A stretch of 33,365 bases of DNA, from the IMG/VR virus record IMGVR_UViG_3300027769_000086, positions 1 through 33,365 of that record, one strand, 5' to 3'. The notes below the pieces were generated by a model. It was not told where the DNA came from, ran no database searches, and was given only the letters and a program-made list of their open reading frames with translations. This document shows positions 27,386 through 33,365 of this stretch, in pieces. Source of the DNA: a virus. Its lineage: Duplodnaviria; Caudoviricetes. Position 1 is the first letter of the stretch; every line of letters begins with the position of its first letter. The translations under genes were made by a program, and so were the position numbers.

Positions 27386-28016
27386 TGTATTCCTCAAGTT
27401 CAAGATAACCAAGATCTAGCCAATATTCCAAAGCATTCTTTACAATATATTCTAGATCCTGTAGATCTCCATCGTTTTGAATAATAATATCAAATGGTTC
27501 TTCCGCATCTGCTTGCTTGCTTGGAATTAATAGATTAGTCTCAATCTGATTAGCCATGACTTCGCTTTCATGGTTTCTCCAAGAAGCTGTATGTTCTTCT
27601 AATTTTCTGATACCCTGTGACAAGAACAGTTGGGTTGCAACAAGCTCACGGCCAAACGCAAGTTCATTCATATACCGTACATCATCTTGAATAATGACAT
27701 ACTCATAGTTGGTTTTCTTGGCTGCTTTGTTGTCGATTTCCTTAATCATGTATTCTTGGATTGCTTCATAGGCTTTAGTTACCCAGAAATCTGGATCTTC
27801 TGCTCGTTTTGTAGCACCAATGTTTTGACAGAAATCTCGATAAGCTGAAGAGTCACCTTCTTTTGTAATGCCTTGTGCTGCAGCTAGTTTCTTAATACCA
27901 TCTGCAAACGGAAGCATTACGGGAATGTAGCCAAGATCAAATGCATGCTTGGCAATTAAATGGGCAAGGGTGGTTTTACCCACCCTACCCTTACCACTAA
28001 TCTGAATAATTCTCAT
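27357..28016 (-). CDS. Deoxynucleoside monophosphate kinase (P-loop)
   Basis: ISGKGRVGKTT P-loop, FADGIK, DPDFWV, DDVRYMNE, HESE and IIQNDG are motifs of phage dNMP kinases. Confidence 0.85.
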   Translation of the reverse strand: MRIIQISGKGRVGKTTLAHLIAKHAFDLGYIPVMLPFADGIKKLAAAQGITKEGDSSAYRDFCQNIGATKRAEDPDFWVTKAYEAIQEYMIKEIDNKAAKKTNYEYVIIQDDVRYMNELAFGRELVATQLFLSQGIRKLEEHTASWRNHESEVMANQIETNLLIPSKQADAEEPFDIIIQNDGDLQDLEYIVKNALEYWLDLGYLELEEYNDDADNSDS

Positions 28017-28152
28017 TATGAATCTCCTGCCAGTGACGGATAATATAACCTAGTCCTATTTCACCACGATTGTAGTCTACCACCACAGGATGATTGGGAT
28101 TAGAAGCTATAAACTCGTTTACTTGGCGCATAAAGTACACTGATTCAGTCAT
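27997..28152 (-). CDS. Hypothetical protein, 51 aa: MTESVYFMRQVNEFIASNPNHPVVVDYNRGEIGLGYIIRHWQEIHNENYSD
   Basis: Translated by hand; ATGA overlap with the HNH stop; fills the gap before the kinase. Confidence 0.6.
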   Translation of the reverse strand: MTESVYFMRQVNEFIASNPNHPVVVDYNRGEIGLGYIIRHWQEIHNENYSD

Positions 28153-28370
28153 TTCTTGGCTCTATTCTTAGACTTGCTTACAACCCGGAGGTTCTTTGGG
28201 GAGTTGTTACGGGGATTGCCATCTATATGGTCAATGTCCTTGCCATCTCCCTTCTTGACCCGACCGGTTCTAGTAGCCTTGCGGCGTACCTTGTTCCGAT
28301 GGGCTCGGTCCTTCTTAGATTTTTCAGATGATTGAAACTTAGCGTACTCGTCTTTATAATCTCTAGCCAT
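28149..28370 (-). CDS. Small HNH endonuclease-like protein
   Basis: DIDHIDGNPRNNSPKNLRVVSKSKN (HNN variant); TAATG-coupled to the polymerase. Confidence 0.85.
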   Translation of the reverse strand: MARDYKDEYAKFQSSEKSKKDRAHRNKVRRKATRTGRVKKGDGKDIDHIDGNPRNNSPKNLRVVSKSKNRAKK

Positions 28371-30094
28371 TAGTGTGTCTCCGACCAGTTGTTACCTACT
28401 TTGAATTCTGCTTCGATCTTGCAATTGCTGCGTAGTAATTCACCAGCAGTAGTTGCAGATTCGCAGAGGATCTTACCGACTTTGTTAGCTACATCAGGAT
28501 GACATTCTACTTGTAGTTCGTCATGCACCGAGGCAACCCAGTTAAACTTATCTTGACCAATCTCCATCCGTAGTCTTTGATCTGCAACACAGGCCCAAGC
28601 CTTGGCAATGTGAGCCCCAGAGGATTGAAGCAAGGTATTGAGAGCAGCATGTTCCTTACGGACATAGACAGGACGCCAGTTGAATGGCTTGACATAGCCT
28701 TTGTCCAAGGTATCAAATCGACAATTCTCAATCAACTTTTTGAGTCCAGGGATATTGCTTAGTAGTTTGTTCTTGGTTTGCTTTGCCTTGTAGACAGAAG
28801 CACCAATTGTCTTTGCAAACTTCTCATCACCACCGCCATACAGGAAGCAATAGATACCAGTCTTGGCTGTATTCCTAGAGTCCAGTTCCATAGCCTTCTG
28901 GTTGTGAGTGTGGATATCACCTTCACAGACTTCCTTGGCATATGCACCATTGTCAAATGGATACAGATAATGTGCAAGCATTCTTAGCTCTAGACCCTTG
29001 AGATCGGAGCCAACCAATACCCAACCATCTCTTGGGATAAACAATGCTCGTGCTCTAGAATCAGAGTGAACTTGTTGAATGTTGGGTTCACGACTTGACA
29101 TACGACCAGTCACAGCACCAAGGGTATTGATGTATGCATGGATACGCTTGTCACGACTTATCTTGGCACGGCTTACCCAATCAGAAACCTGAGACATTAA
29201 CTTTACAAGATCGAAATACTTGCACAAAGTCTTTGCTTCAGGGTATTCTAGGTCAGATAGAACTGCATGGTCAACCTTGGGGTTCCCCTTGTCGGTTGTG
29301 CTTGGCTCCCAGCCATACTTTTCTTGGAGTCGTTCTGCAATTTGTTGTCGAGAACCTGGATTGAAGACTTCGACTTTATCCTTGAGTCGCTTTCCTGTTT
29401 TCTCAGAATGTCTAACAATGATTTTGTCTGGAAAGATTCGTCGCATTTCGTCTTCGATTTGTGATTTCTCAATCAGTAACTCCATTTCTAATGCTTCGGC
29501 TTTGTCTAGGTCAAAGCTAAAGCCAGCTTCGACCTGACGCTTGATCATATCTGCAACGACATGTTCCATTCTGACAGCACGACTATACTGAACCATGTAG
29601 TTTTGCTGAGAAAAGTGATCCCATATCCTTGCAGTTACAACGGAATCCTGTAGACAATACTTTCCCATCTCTGCCGTATAGTTGTCCCAGCCACCTTGAT
29701 AATCAATCTTACTGTGACCTAGGTGCTGACCCCAAGCCATCAGTGAATGTGATTGATCTACAGTTGGTGGGTTGTCACCATACATAAGACGAGAAAGAAT
29801 CAAGGTATCCATTACTTGTTCTGGTTTCTTATCTAAGGAACCATGCAGTCTTTCGATCAACGGAATGTCAAAGGCATAGATGTTATGACCAATGATCAAG
29901 TCTGCATCACGAAGCATTTGGATACCATCGCTTAGGTTATCCTGCTCAAACAGCAAGAGTTCCTTTGTGTCAATGTTGTAGATTGACATACACCAAATCT
30001 TTGTAGCCTCTGGTAAATAGGTATCCTTCTTACCAGCAACTACTTCATTAAGGCCATTAGCCTCAATATCAAACGCTAATTTGATCGTATCTAT
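28370..30094 (-). CDS. Family A DNA polymerase (T7 gp5-like); true N-terminus extends upstream of the first ATG (29989), putative AUA start at 30094
   Basis: ExoI LAFDIEANGL (in frame, upstream of 29989), ExoII GHNIYAFDIP, ExoIII YCLQD, motif A DLKGLELR, motif B AKTGIYCFLYGG, motif C VHDE. The start coordinate is an inference. Confidence 0.93.
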   Translation of the reverse strand: MDTIKLAFDIEANGLNEVVAGKKDTYLPEATKIWCMSIYNIDTKELLLFEQDNLSDGIQMLRDADLIIGHNIYAFDIPLIERLHGSLDKKPEQVMDTLILSRLMYGDNPPTVDQSHSLMAWGQHLGHSKIDYQGGWDNYTAEMGKYCLQDSVVTARIWDHFSQQNYMVQYSRAVRMEHVVADMIKRQVEAGFSFDLDKAEALEMELLIEKSQIEDEMRRIFPDKIIVRHSEKTGKRLKDKVEVFNPGSRQQIAERLQEKYGWEPSTTDKGNPKVDHAVLSDLEYPEAKTLCKYFDLVKLMSQVSDWVSRAKISRDKRIHAYINTLGAVTGRMSSREPNIQQVHSDSRARALFIPRDGWVLVGSDLKGLELRMLAHYLYPFDNGAYAKEVCEGDIHTHNQKAMELDSRNTAKTGIYCFLYGGGDEKFAKTIGASVYKAKQTKNKLLSNIPGLKKLIENCRFDTLDKGYVKPFNWRPVYVRKEHAALNTLLQSSGAHIAKAWACVADQRLRMEIGQDKFNWVASVHDELQVECHPDVANKVGKILCESATTAGELLRSNCKIEAEFKVGNNWSETH

Positions 30095-31787
30095 AAAGCA
30101 CCTCTCCTTCGGGGGTAATTACAAACGGTACATCCATAAGCTTGGATGTCTGGTCGTTGTAGAACAGAGCCGTAGCAATGCCTCTACGACCACCCTTACG
30201 ATTCTTAAGGACTCGTACATTGGTTGTGTTGGCAGTTGCTGGGTCTGGGTGCTGGGCGTTGCGCTCAAGTGCAAAGACATTATCTGCAATCTGAGCAAGA
30301 GAACCTGAGCCACGAAGATCATTAAGGTTGATTCGATCACCCTCGTCTACGTTCTTATCAGTTTTCTTGATATGAGCAATGACATGGAGTGTGACACCAG
30401 TTCGCTCTACCAGTTCCCTTAGCTTCTTCATTACGGAGTCAAGCACTAGTCGTTCGTCGTTTCCAAAGTCACTACCAGAAGATAGGAGCATATTACCAAG
30501 CAGAGTAATATGATCAAGAAAGATGACTTTACAATCAAGACCAACAGCCATATACTCAAGGCGATTGATGATATTAGAAATGTTAGCGTTGCCAATGTGA
30601 TCATAAAGGTACAAAGGCTTGCTGGAAATATACGTCTTTGCTTCGGCATACTCCTCCTCGGTTAGATTATCCTCTACCATGTCAACGATAGGTTTGTTGT
30701 TGGACTTCCGCAGTTCATTGAGTTGACGCTGAGACATGATCTTACGGACTGGCTTACCAATCTTAGATGAGATCAAATCATCTACAGTCTGCTCAGGTGA
30801 TTCTTCTAGGAATACAGCACCTACAGCACGATTATGATTAAGATGATCTGAGATTAGTTCACGGATAATTGTAGACTTACCATGACCAGTGGCACTAGTC
30901 CATAGGTTAAGTCGGCCAGAGTCCTGACCAATCATGAATGTAGTTAGCGAATCCCACGGGTACTCGTATACCTGTACGGATGAATTCTCATTCTCAGATA
31001 CGACCTGACTGACATGAAGAATACTATCGGGAGAGTACGTCTTGGCATTCCAGTAGGCTTGCAGGAGTTGTGCAGCCTCGGCATTGACAAGCATCTCATT
31101 TGGATCCTTGCGAGACAGGGACATGATCTTGACCTTACCTGGTGGCAGTATTTCAGCCACGTCCCGTGCTGCCTTCTGCCCTGGATCGTCCATGTCGAAA
31201 CAAATGACGATGGTTTCGAACGAGGAAAGATAATCATACTGATCCTTTACACAGCGTACAGCTGAATTGACTCCGTTGGGGATGGAGACAACTGGGTACT
31301 TATTGTCAAAGAGTTGGGCCATAGTGAGACAGTCAATGGCTCCCTCGGTAATGAGAATCCTCTTGCCACCACTAGGAAACAAGTTCTGACCATAGAACTG
31401 GAGGTTTGATGTGTCTCCGATCCATGCGAACTTCTTGCCGTCGTATCGAATATGTTGAGCCTGTAGTGTACCATCCGTACTGTAGAAGTTCTCAACCTCT
31501 GCTCCGTTGGCAGTGGTTGCATATCCATATTGTCTAGCAGTCTTCTCGTTAATTCGTCGGTGTGGTAGAGCCTGGATCTCACCACTACGAAACTTCTCTG
31601 TGGCATATACTGGTGTTTCCTCTACGATTGTTTCCATTGGTTTGTTACCTCTTACATAAAATTCACAAGCATAGCAGTAGCTATGTCCGTCATCATAGAC
31701 GGCTAGGTTGTTTCCTGACGTGTCATTGCCTTGCGCTGCACACTTAGGGCAACGCTTACGACTTACTACTTTGGATTCTGTTTCCAT
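30069..31787 (-). CDS. Primase-helicase (T7 gp4-like)
   Basis: Zn ribbon CPKC...CYAC, TOPRIM ITEGAID and CFDMDDPG, KDPNE, Walker A ATGHGKST, FLDHI, DLRGSGSLAQ, LKNR. Confidence 0.97.
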   Translation of the reverse strand: METESKVVSRKRCPKCAAQGNDTSGNNLAVYDDGHSYCYACEFYVRGNKPMETIVEETPVYATEKFRSGEIQALPHRRINEKTARQYGYATTANGAEVENFYSTDGTLQAQHIRYDGKKFAWIGDTSNLQFYGQNLFPSGGKRILITEGAIDCLTMAQLFDNKYPVVSIPNGVNSAVRCVKDQYDYLSSFETIVICFDMDDPGQKAARDVAEILPPGKVKIMSLSRKDPNEMLVNAEAAQLLQAYWNAKTYSPDSILHVSQVVSENENSSVQVYEYPWDSLTTFMIGQDSGRLNLWTSATGHGKSTIIRELISDHLNHNRAVGAVFLEESPEQTVDDLISSKIGKPVRKIMSQRQLNELRKSNNKPIVDMVEDNLTEEEYAEAKTYISSKPLYLYDHIGNANISNIINRLEYMAVGLDCKVIFLDHITLLGNMLLSSGSDFGNDERLVLDSVMKKLRELVERTGVTLHVIAHIKKTDKNVDEGDRINLNDLRGSGSLAQIADNVFALERNAQHPDPATANTTNVRVLKNRKGGRRGIATALFYNDQTSKLMDVPFVITPEGEVLYRYDQISV

Positions 31788-31827
31788 ATTCTTCCTATAT
31801 TAGAGTTTGAATGCAGGATTTAAACAA

Positions 31828-31900
31828 TGCCCCCAGCAGGGATCGAACCTGCGACCAACCGATTAAAAGTCGGTTGCTCTACCAGCTGAGCTATAAGGGC
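31828..31900 (-). tRNA. tRNA-Lys(UUU), CCA not encoded
   Basis: Cloverleaf GCCCTTA/TGGGGGC, D arm GCTC/GAGC, anticodon arm ACCGA-CTTTTAA-TCGGT, T arm GCAGG-TTCGATC-CCTGC; 73 nt. Confidence 0.95.
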
Positions 31901-31903
31901 GTA

Positions 31904-31974
31904 CTCAGGTGCTTGGATTCGAACCAAGACAAAGAGGACCAAAATCTCTGGTGCTACCATTACACCACACCTGA
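31904..31974 (-). tRNA. tRNA-Gln(UUG), CCA not encoded
   Basis: TCAGGTG/CACCTGA-G (U1-A72, G73), anticodon arm AGAGA-TTTTGGT-CCTCT with an A31-C39 mismatch, T arm CTTGG-TTCGAAT-CCAAG; 71 nt. Confidence 0.9.
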
Positions 31975-31975
31975 A

Positions 31976-32057
31976 TAGCTTCGGGGGGACTTGAACCCCC
32001 ACGCCTTGCGGCTACGGATTTTAAGTCCGCTGCGTATGCCGATTCCGCCACGAAGCC
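31976..32057 (-). tRNA. tRNA-Leu(UAA), CCA not encoded
   Basis: GGCTTCG/CGAAGCT-A, anticodon arm GCGGA-CTTAAAA-TCCGT, long variable arm GCC-GCAA-GGC, T arm GGGGG-TTCAAGT-CCCCC; 82 nt. Confidence 0.93.
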
Positions 32058-32064
32058 AATAGAC

Positions 32065-32124
32065 TCACTTGTAATGAGTCTTGAAATAGTTGTTCCAGTA
32101 ATCTGCCTCTTCAGCCATATCCAT
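32065..32124 (-). CDS. Possible 19-aa micro-ORF MDMAEEADYWNNYFKTHYK
   Basis: ATG 2 nt after the upstream stop, weak SD AAGGA, ends 7 nt before tRNA-Leu. Confidence 0.3.
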   Translation of the reverse strand: MDMAEEADYWNNYFKTHYK

Positions 32125-32126
32125 GC

Positions 32127-32351
32127 TTACTCGTCCTTTCCCTTACCCCAGCCTAGGTAGAATGTCTTGGTATCCTTGCAGTTCTCAAGCATCTCCCTTA
32201 GCGTGGTATTCTCTTGATCCAGTAATCGAATGTAAACGAGACACTTACGGTGTAGTTCTTTGGCTGTAAACCCAGAGTGGTATTCACTACTGGACGAAGT
32301 GTCAATCGCGTTTTCCAAAAGTTTAATGAGTTCATTTGAGTTCATTCTCAA
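32127..32351 (-). CDS. Hypothetical protein (74 aa)
   Basis: ORF track; overlaps the upstream gene; same strand as all phage genes. Confidence 0.7.
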   Translation of the reverse strand: MRMNSNELIKLLENAIDTSSSSEYHSGFTAKELHRKCLVYIRLLDQENTTLREMLENCKDTKTFYLGWGKGKDE

Positions 32352-32742
32352 TTTCCTTTAGTTGCTTAACAGCATTCTTATTGATTGAACCGCTGGTCTT
32401 AATTAGATGCTTAAGATGAATACGCTTGATGTATGGATCTAGAGTTTGCATCTTACCATCAATGTCCCACATAGTGCTAGTCAGGTCGCATACACGACTG
32501 TCTAGCTTGCTATGTGAATCACAAAGATCGTCATACTTCTTCTTCATTAGTTCATTACGCCATCTTGACGCACGATCAGAAGCATCTTCTGAATTACGAA
32601 TTCTATTATGCAATGCATCGTTATTATTAATGATGTCATTCTGCATTTGTTTGATTAACTTACTGTGGTTCCAAGCCATAGCGATGAATACACAAACACT
32701 AATAAAACTTGCAACGGAAATAATTAGATTGAAATCTTCCAT
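32332..32742 (-). CDS. Hypothetical membrane-anchored coiled-coil protein (136 aa)
   Basis: N-terminal TM LIISVASFISVCVFIAMAW followed by heptad-like repeats; SD AGGAG. Confidence 0.75.
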   Translation of the reverse strand: MEDFNLIISVASFISVCVFIAMAWNHSKLIKQMQNDIINNNDALHNRIRNSEDASDRASRWRNELMKKKYDDLCDSHSKLDSRVCDLTSTMWDIDGKMQTLDPYIKRIHLKHLIKTSGSINKNAVKQLKEIENELK

Positions 32743-32744
32743 AC

Positions 32745-32996
32745 TTAATCTCCTGTTCTAAAACGTACTTTGAAATAACCTGACTCAGTGGGTTCCGTTA
32801 ATAGTTCACGGATAACACCCCACTCAGAATCAGCACCTACCTGTAGGAATGGACCACCTTCGTAATCTAGATATTCTAGATCAGGCCATCCACCGCCACG
32901 ATAAAACTTTGACTTACCTTCAATTGTAAACCAACCACCACCATGATCGGTGATGTACCTTGGTTCACCATAACGACTATTAATCTTCTTGATCAC
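32745..32996 (-). CDS. Hypothetical protein (about 83 aa), Gly/aromatic-rich
   Basis: Likely GTG start at 32996 with SD AGGAG (the ORF track starts at 33035). Confidence 0.65.
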   Translation of the reverse strand: MIKKINSRYGEPRYITDHGGGWFTIEGKSKFYRGGGWPDLEYLDYEGGPFLQVGADSEWGVIRELLTEPTESGYFKVRFRTGD

Positions 32997-33204
32997 GCCA
33001 ACTCCTACCCTGAAGCACTGTGTATGCTTCTTCAATTAGTTTAGCCAGTTCTTCTGCATTGCCCCGCTTAGTTTGGGGATTATAATAACCATCCCAATCG
33101 GCAAGAAGCATTGAAACATTTCCAATACGCTGCTCAAGAACCATTATCTGTGCTTGTAGAAATTCATTTTCCTGAGCACAACGAGACAAAGGATCATCGC
33201 TCAC
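32980..33204 (-). CDS. Hypothetical protein (74 aa), MSDDPLSRCAQENE...
   Basis: GTG at 33204 overlaps the upstream TGA (GTGA), with SD AAGGAGG. Confidence 0.72.
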   Translation of the reverse strand: MSDDPLSRCAQENEFLQAQIMVLEQRIGNVSMLLADWDGYYNPQTKRGNAEELAKLIEEAYTVLQGRSWRDQED

Positions 33205-33365
33205 TTGCAGTCCTCCTTGAAGCAGTCCCATCCCTTTTGCTTTGCGATCTCTTTGGGATATCTTGCAAGAGGAGAGTCTGCTAGAATAATTTCTGAACAG
33301 GGATTCGTACCAAATTTATTTGATGTATCACGACGATCCTCCTCAAGCACGATGATCCGTGCTTC
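33201..33365 (-). CDS. C-terminal fragment of a hypothetical protein: ...EARIIVLEEDRRDTSNKFGTNPCSEIILADSPLARYPKEIAKQKGWDCFKEDCK
   Basis: Translated by hand; open frame from the window edge to TGA at 33201-33203, coupled to the next gene. Confidence 0.7.
   Translation of the reverse strand, partial: EARIIVLEEDRRDTSNKFGTNPCSEIILADSPLARYPKEIAKQKGWDCFKEDCK

Noticed and set aside
28149-28370. HNH gene as a sign of an intron or mobile element in the polymerase
   Set aside because: The polymerase is continuous through motif C and ends normally, so the HNH gene is free-standing.
26928-31606. Alternative-frame minus-strand ORFs nested in the exonuclease, polymerase and helicase genes
   Set aside because: They are short, carry no motifs and are fully nested in conserved genes, as expected by chance.
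31820-32002. 60-aa minus-strand ORF MGVQVPPKLF...
   Set aside because: It lies over the three tRNA genes and is an artefact.
32058-32081. T7-promoter look-alike AATAGACTCACTTGTA
   Set aside because: It is on the non-coding strand, only partly matches and I saw no other copy. It is better explained as an inverted repeat before the tRNAs.
996-32761. All plus-strand ORFs in the track
   Set aside because: They are antisense shadows of well-supported minus-strand genes, with no recognisable motifs.
1-33365. Stop-codon reassignment, inteins, CRISPR arrays, integrase, DGR
   Set aside because: Core genes are full-length in the standard code and of ordinary size. I saw no suppressor tRNA, repeat-spacer array, recombinase or reverse transcriptase by eye.

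Overview
This window is part of a T7-like (Autographiviridae-type) podophage genome, and essentially all real genes lie on the minus strand. Read from right to left it carries small hypothetical genes, a compact tRNA-Leu/Gln/Lys array and a replication module (gp4-like primase-helicase, family A DNA polymerase, HNH protein, dNMP kinase, gp6-like exonuclease, class II ribonucleotide reductase). The morphogenesis genes follow: portal, an AT-rich insert of about 9 kb, scaffold, major capsid, tail tubes A and B, tail fibre, a holin/spanin-like cassette, TerS, TerL and displaced internal-virion proteins. No RNA polymerase, SSB or endolysin is visible in this window. A Phycisphaerae-style dockerin domain suggests a planctomycete host (inference). 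Most notable observations: (1) the DNA polymerase ExoI motif lies upstream of any ATG/GTG/TTG, implying an AUA start or a prfB-like +1 frameshift that fuses primase-helicase to polymerase; (2) a signal-peptide-bearing protein with two cohesin-like domains and a dockerin; (3) a set of Lys-rich microproteins of 21-99 aa, four of them missing from the ORF track; (4) an 11-aa copy of the RNR catalytic loop in an unrelated small protein, with 8 of 11 codons synonymously different; (5) a structured capsid-gene leader with a perfect anti-SD.
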